Part shown: piece after piece, positions 8,089 through 16,965 of the stretch
How positions within the stretch are numbered: the stretch's first letter is position 1
Layout of the letters: each line of letters begins with the position of its first letter
The notes under the pieces: model-generated
Databases searched by the model: none
Told to the model about the DNA's origin: nothing
The model's input: the letters and a program-made list of their open reading frames with translations, nothing else
DNA from: a virus
Direction: 5' to 3' (one strand)
DNA: 48,341 nt
IMG/VR virus record: IMGVR_UViG_3300045988_161023
Translations under genes and position numbers: made by a program

Positions 8089-8113
8089 GCCCGGACACGC
8101 GCCGGGCTTTTTC
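8089..8113 (+). terminator. Intrinsic terminator or attenuator in the early-operon leader
   Basis: GCCCGGacacgcgCCGGGC followed by TTTTT, about 50 nt upstream of the first early gene. Confidence 0.45.
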
Positions 8114-8161
8114 ATTGGTTCTGGGACTCCGGAACGAATTTCAAAACAGAGGAGAATAGCC

Positions 8162-8386
8162 ATGATGCAGTTCATCGTAATTTCGCATTCGGAAAGCGGC
8201 CCATTGGTTGAGGAGTTCGAGACGAAGGCAAAGGCGGTAGACTTCGCGGAGGCTGTAGCCAGTGATGGTATGCCATCGACCATACTCATGAGAATTTCCG
8301 AGATTCCCGCAGTTTTGCCAGAACGCGAAGACTTCGGCGTTCTCCCCGGCATCGACTTCCCCGCAACACTCCACCACGCTTGGTAA
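8162..8386 (+). CDS. Hypothetical protein
   Basis: ATG at 8162 preceded by GAGGAG. Trimmed from track ORF 8024..8386. Confidence 0.5.
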   Translation: MMQFIVISHSESGPLVEEFETKAKAVDFAEAVASDGMPSTILMRISEIPAVLPEREDFGVLPGIDFPATLHHAW

Positions 8387-8473
8387 AGCGCCTAGCCCCG
8401 CACTTGCCCCGGATTTCCGGGGCAGGAAAAGGGATTGGGACGCCGATCCAGACTTCAACACAGGAGAAAAGGT

Positions 8474-8650
8474 ATGACTATGACAATATCTCACGCAGAC
8501 GACTTTACCCGTAGCCATCCCGTGCTCACCGGGAAGCGCAAAGGTACAACGCTCCGGGAACGTCTTGAACGCATTCGTGCCAAGGCAAGAAAGGCCAGTG
8601 TGCGCGAGGCAGCAGAACAATGGCTGAGAAAGACGGAAGTGGCGGCATGA
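8474..8650 (+). CDS. Hypothetical small basic protein
   Basis: ATG preceded by AGGAGA. Trimmed from 8435..8650. Confidence 0.45.
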   Translation: MTMTISHADDFTRSHPVLTGKRKGTTLRERLERIRAKARKASVREAAEQWLRKTEVAA

Positions 8651-8802
8651 TCAAGGAAGTATACGTAAACCCTCCAGGCAAGAAGCGGTTCCCAATGCCA
8701 CCTCAGCGCGAGCGTTTGGCACCCCCTCCGTGGGCGTTGGGCGTGGTCCTCGTGGTTGTGGCTATCTTCATAGGCTCATGCGAATGGGTGAGGGGGATGT
8801 GA
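8647..8802 (+). CDS. Small membrane protein
   Basis: ATGA overlap with the upstream gene. Hydrophobic helix WALGVVLVVVAIFIGS. Confidence 0.4.
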   Translation: MIKEVYVNPPGKKRFPMPPQRERLAPPPWALGVVLVVVAIFIGSCEWVRGM

Positions 8803-9662
8803 TGAACAGGCAAGAATGGCTAGAGGCTAGACGCTCAGGAATAGGTGGAAGTGATATGCCGTCTATTCTTGGAATATGCCCCTTTGGGGGGACACCGTAT
8901 GGTGTATGGCAAGCCAAGGTATGCGGATGCGGTCCAGATAAGGATACCCCGGATATTCAGCGCGGCAGGTTTCTGGAACCTATTATTCGTTCCATGTATG
9001 CGGAACACACAGGCTACGAAGTGCAAACGCCGGGGATGCAACGGCACCCGATAGAGACATGGGCTATCGCATCTCTGGATGGACTCGTCATTCCTCCTAA
9101 GGAGGAAAATGGACTCGCTGTACCGCCGGGCATTCTCGAAATCAAAGCCCCAAGATACAGCAAGTTCGTATCTCTTGAGGAAGACGGAATAACGCAAAAT
9201 TATCAAGTACAGATGCAGCATTACATGGCTGTTACTGGCCTTCAATGGGCTGACTTTTGCGCTTGGAATGCTGACGCATTTAGACTGCTCATCATACGAA
9301 TACAACGTGATGACGATTTGATCAGTTTGATGTGGGATATAGCGCGGGATTTCTGGCAAAGATATGTCCTGACGGGTATCGCACCAGAGCAAGCTACAGA
9401 ATCAAAGATAAGCATTCCGCCTCTTGAGCCTACGCTAGTACGCATTGACACACCTGAATGGAACGAGGCGGCTCGTGAATGGCGAGAGGCGAGAGGTATT
9501 TTAAAAGATGCTGAAGCATACGAGGTCCAGTGCAAAGAAAAACTGATTGCGCTGGCCCTTTCTACTGGCAAGAGCAAGGTAAAAGGGGCTGACGTGTCCC
9601 TATCAGTCGATAAAAACGGAATCCCGAGAGTACGGGATACTGCAAAGGAGCAAGCTGCATGA
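8802..9662 (+). CDS. YqaJ-like / lambda Exo-like recombination exonuclease (PD-(D/E)XK)
   Basis: EWLEARRSGIGGSDMPSILG...TPYGVWQAK...LEIK match the YqaJ viral recombinase motifs. Start at the MNRQEW ATG at 8802. Confidence 0.8.
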   Translation: MNRQEWLEARRSGIGGSDMPSILGICPFGGTPYGVWQAKVCGCGPDKDTPDIQRGRFLEPIIRSMYAEHTGYEVQTPGMQRHPIETWAIASLDGLVIPPKEENGLAVPPGILEIKAPRYSKFVSLEEDGITQNYQVQMQHYMAVTGLQWADFCAWNADAFRLLIIRIQRDDDLISLMWDIARDFWQRYVLTGIAPEQATESKISIPPLEPTLVRIDTPEWNEAAREWREARGILKDAEAYEVQCKEKLIALALSTGKSKVKGADVSLSVDKNGIPRVRDTAKEQAA

Positions 9663-10588
9663 GCCAAGATATGATGTTAAGCGCGGAAATAGTTCCCACG
9701 CAACCCGCATCCGTACCTGTTGCCGTCGACCCGGCTGCAATCGCGGCGGCTGAGGAAGCAAAAGCCATTGTTCAAGCTGCGTATATCATGGCAACGCACA
9801 GGCCAAGAAATTTCATGCAGAGTCGGCAACGCATTCTTGACGCGTGCAAGCGGGCGGCATTCGCAGAAAGGGTTGAATATGCCAAGCCTGTAGGTGGGGG
9901 GAAGATATACGGCCCTTCAATCCGTTTCGCCGAACTTGCGATTCAGCAATGGGGGAATATCCGCGTAGATACCTCTACCCTATTTGAGGGAGACGAATTC
10001 AGAAAAATCAGGGTTCAGGTACTCGACCTCGAAACCAACACCAGCTTTTCCAAGGTGATCACTGTAAACAAAACCGTAGAACGAAAAGATTCATCCGGGA
10101 GAGAGGTTTTACGGTCACGCAAGAACACATACGGCAAAGACGTATTCATCGTAAGAGCCACGGAAGAGGAACTTGCCACGAAAGAGGCGGCAGCCATTTC
10201 CAAAGTTGTCCGAAATGAGGGTTTGCGGCTTATCCCCCAAGATATCATCGACGAAGCCCTTGAGACTGCAAGGGAAGCAAGACGCGGAGCAGTTCGCGAT
10301 CCGCATGAAAGAATCAGAAAAATATGTGACTGCTTCGCATATTATCGTATCACTCCTGAAGACTTAGGAGACTATCTAGGCGTAAGTATTGAAAAGGCAA
10401 GCACAGCACAACTTGAAGATCTGGAGTTGGTTTACAATGCAATCCGAAGTGGTGAAGCGAAATGGGCTGATTACGCCAAAAAAGACGACTCCGAAGACAC
10501 GCATAAAAATACGACAAAAGCCGCCCAAGATCTGAAAGACAGGCTTCAAAGCGCAAAGGCAGCGGCATCGTTAAGTAACCCTGAATAA
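9659..10588 (+). CDS. RecT-family single-strand annealing protein (partner of the YqaJ exonuclease)
   Basis: ATGA overlap with the exonuclease gene. AIVQAAYIMAT and LFEGDEFRKI resemble E. coli RecT SAIVQCSQLG and VREGDEFSFE. The yqaJ-yqaK gene order is conserved. Confidence 0.6.
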   Translation: MSQDMMLSAEIVPTQPASVPVAVDPAAIAAAEEAKAIVQAAYIMATHRPRNFMQSRQRILDACKRAAFAERVEYAKPVGGGKIYGPSIRFAELAIQQWGNIRVDTSTLFEGDEFRKIRVQVLDLETNTSFSKVITVNKTVERKDSSGREVLRSRKNTYGKDVFIVRATEEELATKEAAAISKVVRNEGLRLIPQDIIDEALETAREARRGAVRDPHERIRKICDCFAYYRITPEDLGDYLGVSIEKASTAQLEDLELVYNAIRSGEAKWADYAKKDDSEDTHKNTTKAAQDLKDRLQSAKAAASLSNPE

Positions 10589-10635
10589 CCACCCCGGCCC
10601 GGCTCACCACCGGGCCTTTCTTTTGAGGTGATGCC

Positions 10636-10929
10636 ATGAACAGAGCCGAATTTGTCAGGATGCTTCGAAATTCAGACACCACGGGCACCATGAACTCGAT
10701 CATGATGACCGAACGTGTCGTCAATCAGGTATTAGATACGCTCCAAAGGGCTATCGTTGAACACGGCTCCTTGAAAATTCAGGGCTTCGGCGTGTTCGAA
10801 GTCGTGGACGTGCCCGCCCGCCAAGGCCGCAATCCGCGCACCGGGGAAAGCATCCCCATTCCCGCGCACAAGGCCGTGAAGTTCAGGCCGGGCAAGGAAC
10901 TGCGGGAGGCGGTGAACCGTGGACAGTGA
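10636..10929 (+). CDS. HU/IHF-family histone-like DNA-binding protein
   Basis: GFGVFEVVDVPARQGRNPRTGESIPIPAHKAVKFRPGKELREAV is the canonical HU/IHF arm sequence. Confidence 0.85.
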   Translation: MNRAEFVRMLRNSDTTGTMNSIMMTERVVNQVLDTLQRAIVEHGSLKIQGFGVFEVVDVPARQGRNPRTGESIPIPAHKAVKFRPGKELREAVNRGQ

Positions 10930-11167
10930 CGCCCTCCCCGACATCAGACTAAAATGTCCTGATTTGGCATCGATAATTCCGGGGCGTCGTTTCCTCTACC
11001 GAGCAAAGGTAGGCGGCGAACGCCAAACCGTCACCGTTACGGCCTCCACAGCCCCATATCCCCGTGATTTCGGGAAAGGCCGCAAGGCTATGTACGTCAA
11101 CGTGTACGGCTACGAGGGGAAATGGACGGTTCCCGCAAGCAAACTGAGGATTGCGGAGAAAGTATAG
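10919..11167 (+). CDS. Hypothetical protein
   Basis: 82-aa ORF overlapping the HU stop by 11 nt. Start uncertain. Confidence 0.35.
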   Translation: MDSDALPDIRLKCPDLASIIPGRRFLYRAKVGGERQTVTVTASTAPYPRDFGKGRKAMYVNVYGYEGKWTVPASKLRIAEKV

Positions 11168-11231
11168 CACCCCACGCCCCGCCCTCCCCCGGCGGGGCTT
11201 TTCATACCCCACCATCATACTGGAGAACATC

Positions 11232-11408
11232 ATGAACACTGTTGGCGAACTGATTTCTGAACTGGAATCCTTTCCCCCTGAAACGCCTGTCGTCCACCAC
11301 GACGACGAGGAAGGCAACACGGTATCTAAGGTTTCCATCGGCTTCATGACGGACGGAGACGGCGACCCCGTGTGTGTCATCCTCTTTCCTGGCGAAGAGA
11401 TTGAATGA
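11232..11408 (+). CDS. Hypothetical acidic protein
   Basis: ATG preceded by GGAGA. Trimmed from 11151..11408. Confidence 0.4.
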   Translation: MNTVGELISELESFPPETPVVHHDDEEGNTVSKVSIGFMTDGDGDPVCVILFPGEEIE

Positions 11409-11488
11409 CAAAATGGGAAAGGCGGCTCACGTGGGTGTGGGTCGCCTTCTTCGTGTGGGTGGTCTGGATGGTGTGCGTGGAGTAACCA

Positions 11489-12196
11489 TTGAAAAAAACG
11501 ATTGTTGGTGATGCGATTATTTACTGTGCCGATTGTCGGTCTATTCTTCCCACGCTGGATACTGTAGATGCAGTAGTTACAGATCCTCCATATGGAATCG
11601 CATATCAAAGTGGATATGCGACAAAAAAGCTTTGGGCTGCAGGGAAGAAGATCGCAGGAGACGAGACAACGGCGGTTAGGGATGAGGCTTTACAGCTTTG
11701 TCATAATCTTTGCTCTCCCATGCTGGTTTTTGGTTCTCATAAAGCCATACCACCAGAGGGGACCAGACATATTTTGATCTGGGACAAGGGTCCAGCTCTC
11801 GGAATGGGAGCGCTGGACCTTCCGTGGAAACCTTCTATTGAAGAGATCTATGTCCTTGGGAAGGGCTTCGTAGGAAAACGTGATGAAGGTTCCGTTATCT
11901 ACTGTCCCCCGGTGCAGAGTATGGCGAAAAATGGTCGGAAGCATCCGAATGAAAAACCAGTTCCGTTGCTACGGCGGCTCATAAAGAAGTGCCCCGAAGG
12001 GACTATCCTTGATCCCTTCATGGGAAGCGGTGCCATAGGTGAAGCCGCTCTTTTAGAAGGCAGGCGTTTCGTAGGCATCGAAATTGAGCAGAAATTCTTT
12101 GAAATTGCTAAAAAACGCCTTGAATATGCTGAACACTCGATAAGCTTGCTGCATGGGCGCGGCTGCATGAACAACGCGCGGGGTGAAATATGCTGA
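11489..12196 (+). CDS. DNA N6-adenine / N4-cytosine methyltransferase (beta-class, orphan)
   Basis: VVTDPPYGI (motif IV) precedes DPFMGSGAIGEAA (motif I). TTG start as in the track, with GGAGT upstream. Confidence 0.85.
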   Translation: MKKTIVGDAIIYCADCRSILPTLDTVDAVVTDPPYGIAYQSGYATKKLWAAGKKIAGDETTAVRDEALQLCHNLCSPMLVFGSHKAIPPEGTRHILIWDKGPALGMGALDLPWKPSIEEIYVLGKGFVGKRDEGSVIYCPPVQSMAKNGRKHPNEKPVPLLRRLIKKCPEGTILDPFMGSGAIGEAALLEGRRFVGIEIEQKFFEIAKKRLEYAEHSISLLHGRGCMNNARGEIC

Positions 12197-12516
12197 CGGA
12201 TAAGGAAAAGAGGTGGCTGGAGTTTCGGAAGGACGTGTGCTTCCGGTGCAAGAAGCGCAGGCAGACATGTGGCCCTGTGCTTCGTGAGATTTGCCAGAAA
12301 GCTGGATACCCCATTCGTGATTTGGCGATGGTGATCCCGCCAGACTACCGCGACGCCGCCGAGTTTGCCGAGAGAGTGGCGGCAAAACTTACACTGGAAG
12401 AGCCTTGTCCTCTTCCCGAAAACGCTGGAAGCGCATTTTCGTGCAGATGGTGCCGTCTGAAAAGAGCTCGTATCACCGTTGAAGAGGAAATGGACAATGA
12501 ACAAAACCACTCTTGA
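12190..12516 (+). CDS. Hypothetical Cys-containing protein
   Basis: 108-aa ORF overlapping the methylase stop. CFRCKKRRQTCG...CRWC. Confidence 0.45.
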   Translation: MLTDKEKRWLEFRKDVCFRCKKRRQTCGPVLREICQKAGYPIRDLAMVIPPDYRDAAEFAERVAAKLTLEEPCPLPENAGSAFSCRWCRLKRARITVEEEMDNEQNHS

Positions 12517-12694
12517 ATCCATCATGAAGTGCTCGAAAAAGGCGATTGCGCTGGCGTATATGTGCAAAATCAGTGCATCGGTTTATACTCGATGCCCGCT
12601 ACATGGCGAAGAAACAGAAAATTGCCCCATGAAAGAGGTGTGGTGTTCAGATGTTACCCCACAAGATTGGGAAAAAGTGTTGAATGAGAGATAA
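12497..12694 (+). CDS. Hypothetical protein
   Basis: ATG at 12497 with AGAGGA upstream. Trimmed from 12479..12694. Confidence 0.4.
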   Translation: MNKTTLESIMKCSKKAIALAYMCKISASVYTRCPLHGEETENCPMKEVWCSDVTPQDWEKVLNER

Positions 12695-12695
12695 C

Positions 12696-12932
12696 ATGGG
12701 ATTCATTTTCTGCATTATTGCGAATTTATCGGCATTGGCCACAATAGCGTGGCTAGGTTTTCTCCTTACCCGTCGCGCTAGTCTGTGGCTTATCGTTGTT
12801 ATGCTCCTTCTCAGTGTCCATTTTGTTATTCCTGCAAGCGATATTTTTACCTGCCCGAAATGTGGACACATCGAAAAGGTTAAAGTCTTTAAAACGTATA
12901 CGACGACTGTAAGTCAGGGAGATGATGGGTGA
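12696..12932 (+). CDS. Small membrane protein
   Basis: Two predicted TM helices (FIFCIIANLSALATIAWLGFLL and LWLIVVMLLLSVHFVI) plus a CPKCGH motif. Confidence 0.45.
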   Translation: MGFIFCIIANLSALATIAWLGFLLTRRASLWLIVVMLLLSVHFVIPASDIFTCPKCGHIEKVKVFKTYTTTVSQGDDG

Positions 12933-13279
12933 TGACCGCACAGGAATGGATTGACGAACTAGAACGGCTGCACAACAAGGCGATCATGCCACCCTATTAT
13001 CTCAGGAAGAAACTTTTTTTTGGAGAGGATGAAGAAGAGTACTACATCACCGACAAAGAAGAGCGCATCATCTGCCGGATGAAATACATGTCCACAGAAC
13101 CGGACAACGCCGCCTACATCGTCGCCGCGTGCAACGCCGTGCCGAGGCTAGTGGAGATGCTCAGAATTGCCGTGAGCCTCCTTGCAGCACAAAAAGCGCA
13201 GAGAGTGTGCGAAGAGGAAATGGATATTAGGTGCGACATGATGCAAGAGCTTTTTCGCATGACGGAGCCGAAAGAATGA
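12929..13279 (+). CDS. Hypothetical protein
   Basis: ATGA coupling to the upstream gene. 116 aa. Confidence 0.5.
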   Translation: MMTAQEWIDELERLHNKAIMPPYYLRKKLFFGEDEEEYYITDKEERIICRMKYMSTEPDNAAYIVAACNAVPRLVEMLRIAVSLLAAQKAQRVCEEEMDIRCDMMQELFRMTEPKE

Positions 13280-13851
13280 ACATCACCACCGAAGAACTCG
13301 CCCGCATCCGGGCTATCGCAGAGGCCGACAGAGACGGCGCGGACGGGAAGGCATGGGACGAGGCCATTACCCCGGATACCGTGATCGCGCTGTGCCGGGA
13401 ATTAGAACTAGCACGGAAACACGCCGTCACCATGTCAGAAGTGGCAGCCGCCGCATGGGGCGGGGAAATCCCCTCTCCCCTCCCCGGTCATACTTCCAGT
13501 GAAGAGCAGATGGTGGAGATGTTTGACCATCTGAATTGTCCTTTTTGCGGGGGATCAGGGCACGTTGACGACTGCGATGAGATACAGGTCAAACTCCTGC
13601 GAGAGCGTGATGAGGCGAGAGCGCAGGTAGTCCAACTCTCTTCTGCATTGAAACCTCTCCTTTCTTTCGCAGAACGCCAGATATGCAGACACGAGGAGAC
13701 TCACCGGGGCGGTTTAATCTGGGAGATATGCGATATCTGCGGAGCAAAGTGGGCCGATGATGAAGGCGGAAAACCTGAGTTCGTGGAACCAAAAGAGATA
13801 AAGAATGCTTACAGGGTTCTTGGCGAAATAGAAAAATCATCGGGAGAATGA
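13276..13851 (+). CDS. Hypothetical protein (CxxC..C-containing)
   Basis: ATGA coupling to the upstream gene. NCPFCGGSGHVDDCDE and CDICGAKW motifs. Confidence 0.5.
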   Translation: MNITTEELARIRAIAEADRDGADGKAWDEAITPDTVIALCRELELARKHAVTMSEVAAAAWGGEIPSPLPGHTSSEEQMVEMFDHLNCPFCGGSGHVDDCDEIQVKLLRERDEARAQVVQLSSALKPLLSFAERQICRHEETHRGGLIWEICDICGAKWADDEGGKPEFVEPKEIKNAYRVLGEIEKSSGE

Positions 13852-13852
13852 A

Positions 13853-14002
13853 ATGACCATATCAAAAACAGAACGTGACCAGTGGCGCGAAAGACTGTCA
13901 TCCCCATACACCTGTTTCGAAGCTGCCCATGCAGACTTCACCATCCGGCTACTTCGTGGAGAAAATATGACCCCAACCAAAAGAGCTAGGAGAAGTGAAT
14001 GA
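13853..14002 (+). CDS. Small hypothetical protein (49 aa, below the ORF-track threshold)
   Basis: Found by manual reading. GGGAGA RBS, then ATG at 13853. ATGA overlap with the next gene at 13999. Confidence 0.3.
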   Translation: MTISKTERDQWRERLSSPYTCFEAAHADFTIRLLRGENMTPTKRARRSE

Positions 14003-14484
14003 GTACGTTGACGTTGAATCTGAGTGAGAAGCTGGTGAAGGACATCATCGAGAGTGATGCCAGTTTGAAGGCCGAGATCGACGCCTTGGTCATCGACAAG
14101 GCCGCGAAGAGTTTCCTCACCAAGGGTATCGAAAAGCGCGTTGAACGGATGATAAAGAACGATCTGTCCGACTCCGTAAATAAAGCTATTGAAAAGTACA
14201 TTCAAAGTGGCGCATTCGGGCTGAACCACTATAGCACCATCAAAGAGGTCCTGTACGACAGGATTGCTTCTTTGGTAGATGCCGAGGTTGAAAAGAGAAT
14301 TAGAAAGAGCATCGAGGAATATGCTGAGGTCAAGATCAAAGAACTTGTCGATACCAGATTGGGTAAAGAGAGTGATACGATTCTTTCATACATTGATCGT
14401 GTCATAGAATTTAAGATCAACAGCATCATCGCCGGATTGATGGATATGAGAAAGAAGGAAGGTGGGGCATGTGTGAAGGACTGA
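13999..14484 (+). CDS. Hypothetical protein
   Basis: 161-aa helical, Lys/Glu-rich ORF. Confidence 0.5.
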   Translation: MSTLTLNLSEKLVKDIIESDASLKAEIDALVIDKAAKSFLTKGIEKRVERMIKNDLSDSVNKAIEKYIQSGAFGLNHYSTIKEVLYDRIASLVDAEVEKRIRKSIEEYAEVKIKELVDTRLGKESDTILSYIDRVIEFKINSIIAGLMDMRKKEGGACVKD

Positions 14485-14843
14485 CGTTGCTACCGTGCCC
14501 GGCGTGTGGGGCTTCCGATGTGGTCCTGAGAGTAGATACGAGAGCCTACGGATTCTGTCACGCGTGCGGGATGTGCGGCCCTTGCGCTCCAAAGGTCGAC
14601 GCGGAATATGCGATCAGGCAATGGAATTCCATCCCCCGAGCGCTGGAGTGGACGGACGAGCCGCCGAAGGTGCCGGGGTGCTATCTTGGCAGAAAAAAGG
14701 GCGGTCGTATTTCGATGGTCATATACTGCTTTTATCAAAAAGACGAATTAGGGTTTTGGAACGGGAAGAAGTTTTGCACATTTGAACAAGATGCAACTGA
14801 ATATTTTGGCCCCATACCCGAACCCCGCGAACCGAAGGAATAG
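14469..14843 (+). CDS. lar: Lar-family restriction alleviation protein
   Basis: LLPCPACGASDVVL...GFCHACGMCGPCA...AIRQWNS matches the Lar_restr_allev pattern (CPFCGG...C..C...A...AWN). Confidence 0.7.
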   Translation: MCEGLTLLPCPACGASDVVLRVDTRAYGFCHACGMCGPCAPKVDAEYAIRQWNSIPRALEWTDEPPKVPGCYLGRKKGGRISMVIYCFYQKDELGFWNGKKFCTFEQDATEYFGPIPEPREPKE

Positions 14844-14845
14844 CC

Positions 14846-15043
14846 ATGGCCTTGAAACCGTGCCCTCTCTGCGGGCATTCCGCATACACAGAGTGCGTAT
14901 TGATAGAAACGTTTGTCGGCATGGCCGAAGTGTGGCGCGTCTCTTGTAATAGAGTTGGATGTCCTGCAAAAACTCTGCTTTTCGATACACTCAAGGAAGC
15001 CATAGACGCTTGGAACGCCAAAGCCAAGCACGAACCGAAATAG
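14846..15043 (+). CDS. lar: Lar-family restriction alleviation protein (second copy)
   Basis: LKPCPLCGHSAY...CNRVGCPAKT...AIDAWNAKA. Confidence 0.7.
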   Translation: MALKPCPLCGHSAYTECVLIETFVGMAEVWRVSCNRVGCPAKTLLFDTLKEAIDAWNAKAKHEPK

Positions 15044-15078
15044 CCCCGAAAGGGGCTTTTCCTTTTCTGGAGGAGAAC

Positions 15079-15573
15079 ATGCGAAGACCCATCAACCCCG
15101 TAATCCCGTACCCGCACGAGGCCGTCCAACACACCCGCTGTGTTCTGGCCCTGTCCATGATCACCGTGGCCATATCCCTCCTCAAGCCCGAGACTCTTCC
15201 TCAGCTTGGTGACCTTGGCAGGCAGGTCGAGAAGGTCAACCGCTGGATCGACCGATGCGCGGATGACACGCAGAAGCGCAGGCTCTCCGCAGGCGCGAAG
15301 CGAGATCTGGATGCCCGGTTCCATATCCTTGCCGGGCATGTCGGGGACATTCAGACGGCTTCCGGCGACGCTTCCCGCTGGACGCAATGGGGCGCCGGGA
15401 TGTGGGCCGGGCTGACCTTCCTTGAGGACTGCCGGAACACTTGCCCCGCCTACTTCCGGGGCCTTCACTGGCACAACCTGCTCAAGACGCTGACCACGCT
15501 GTGCAATGCGCTTGAAAATGTCGACCCGCAGATAGCAGAGATTGGGACGCGGGTGTACGAGCGGGCCGCGTAG
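15079..15573 (+). CDS. Hypothetical protein
   Basis: ATG preceded by GGAGGAGAA. Trimmed from 14959..15573. Confidence 0.5.
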   Translation: MRRPINPVIPYPHEAVQHTRCVLALSMITVAISLLKPETLPQLGDLGRQVEKVNRWIDRCADDTQKRRLSAGAKRDLDARFHILAGHVGDIQTASGDASRWTQWGAGMWAGLTFLEDCRNTCPAYFRGLHWHNLLKTLTTLCNALENVDPQIAEIGTRVYERAA

Positions 15574-15581
15574 GGGGAGAT

Positions 15582-15773
15582 ATGAGTGAGGCAGAAAAAC
15601 TGCAAAAAATTGCCCAGATTATGTTGGAAAAAGAGAAGAAAGAAAAAGAAGTTGCAGCACTTAACCGCATGATTGCCGAACTTCTAGGAATATCCTCTAC
15701 AGAAACAATGAAATTACCGAACAAGGTCTATTCATCAAATCAGTTTAAAGCTGCATGTAGGGGGGCAAAGTGA
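15582..15773 (+). CDS. Small protein upstream of and overlapping int; possible excisionase/DNA-binding protein
   Basis: 63-aa ORF with GGGGGAGAT RBS and a GTGA overlap with the int start. The Xis assignment rests on position only. Confidence 0.35.
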   Translation: MSEAEKLQKIAQIMLEKEKKEKEVAALNRMIAELLGISSTETMKLPNKVYSSNQFKAACRGAK

Positions 15774-16768
15774 GTTGGTCACAGAGATCTGACGGTCGAT
15801 TCATTGTAAAATACAAAGACAAAGGAATATGGAAACAGATTTCTTTCACAGACAAAGAGAAGGCTATACTCTTTGACGCAATGCATAACGCCCCAAAAGA
15901 AGAGATTCGTCTCACTATGGGAGAATTGATCGTCAAGTATCTACATGGAAATCCGGATCTTTTTCATGAAACCCGCGAGCGCATTATCTGGTTGTATGCC
16001 GATGGTGGTCCATGCGCCTTCATGCGCGACAAATATGCAGATTCTCTAAATCGCCAAGACCTCGAACAACTTCGGGAAAACATACGGGAACGCAAAGCCA
16101 GCAACAACACGTCAAACCACTATCAAGCATATACAAGGGCAATATTGGCGTGGGGAGTCGATCAAGGTCTACTTGTGCTTAACCCTTGGCGAGATTTCAA
16201 AAAACTTAAAATATCAAAACCAATTCATACCGCAACGTTACTAGATCTGAAACGCTTATATCCTTTTCTTCCCCCTTATCTGCAATGGGCCGCAAAGACG
16301 GCCTTTTTTTTGGCACTTCGCCCGGGGATGGTTGAGCTTTTCAGCTTGAAATGGGATGCCTTCGATTTTAGGCGGGGAATCGTTTCAATCCGTCAAGGTA
16401 AAACAGGAAAGATCAAGAGTGTCTATCCGAACCCTGTGTACATGCAAGAAGCCGCCGCACGCTGTGCCGAAGATTTCAAGCGAGGGGTAGCGCTGGTTTG
16501 CCACAACAATGGGAAACCCGTTCTGTCCTACCATAAAATGTGGGGAAAGGCGTGCCGACAAGCAGGGGTCAATTTAAGGTTCTACGATGTGCGACACCTT
16601 GCCGCTACAGAAATGCTTGCCCGTGGCGCAGACCTTGCCGCAGTCGCCGCCCAACTCGGCCACGCATCGGTAACGACAACCGGAAGCACATATGCGCACG
16701 TCACCCCGGGGGGGCAGTCACATGCCGGATCACTCATGCCTGCAATCGACATCGAACCGAACTCATAA
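15770..16768 (+). CDS. int: Tyrosine recombinase / phage integrase
   Basis: C-terminal catalytic region RFYDVRHLAATEM...LGHASVTTTGSTYAHV carries the R..H..R..Y signature. GTG start after GGGGGG. Confidence 0.9.
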   Translation: MSWSQRSDGRFIVKYKDKGIWKQISFTDKEKAILFDAMHNAPKEEIRLTMGELIVKYLHGNPDLFHETRERIIWLYADGGPCAFMRDKYADSLNRQDLEQLRENIRERKASNNTSNHYQAYTRAILAWGVDQGLLVLNPWRDFKKLKISKPIHTATLLDLKRLYPFLPPYLQWAAKTAFFLALRPGMVELFSLKWDAFDFRRGIVSIRQGKTGKIKSVYPNPVYMQEAAARCAEDFKRGVALVCHNNGKPVLSYHKMWGKACRQAGVNLRFYDVRHLAATEMLARGADLAAVAAQLGHASVTTTGSTYAHVTPGGQSHAGSLMPAIDIEPNS

Positions 16769-16770
16769 AG

Positions 16771-16812
16771 CCTTGGTGCAATCGTGGTGCATTTGGTGCG
16801 GTTTGGTGCAAG
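16771..16812. repeat. Arm-type repeat cluster (4 direct copies of TGGTGCA at about 10-bp spacing)
   Basis: ccTTGGTGCAatcgTGGTGCAttTGGTGCggttTGGTGCAag. An inverted pair GCACCAAacgcTTGGTGC lies at 16941-16962 on the other side of the core. Confidence 0.4.
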
Positions 16813-16841
16813 AAAAAGGGCTTACATTTTCATGTAAGCCC
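16813..16841 (-). terminator. Terminator downstream of the tRNA 3' fragment (minus-strand orientation)
   Basis: GGGCTTACATtttcATGTAAGCCC hairpin. The reverse complement is followed by TTTTT, so it terminates transcripts arriving from the tRNA side. Confidence 0.5.
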
Positions 16842-16850
16842 TTGAATAAA

Positions 16851-16896
16851 CTGGCTCCCCGGGACGGACTTGAACCGCCAACCTAGTGATTAACAG
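16851..16896 (-). other. attP core: 3' portion of a tRNA gene (anticodon loop to CCA), probably tRNA-Asn(GTT)
   Basis: The reverse complement reads ...CTGTTAA (anticodon loop with GTT) TCACT AGGTT GGCGG TTCAAGT CCGTC CCGGGGA G CCA. The T-arm and acceptor 3' strand form correctly. The 5' acceptor strand is absent, so this is a fragment rather than a gene. Confidence 0.6.
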
Positions 16897-16965
16897 TCAA
16901 GCTTACATACTAGTAAAATCAATATGTTAAAAACATTTTCGCACCAAACGCTTGGTGCAAGCTAT

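Noticed and set aside
16851-16896. Possible full tRNA gene
   Set aside because: Only the 3' portion (anticodon loop to CCA) forms. The matching 5' acceptor strand TCCCCGG is absent upstream. Interpreted as the attP core fragment.
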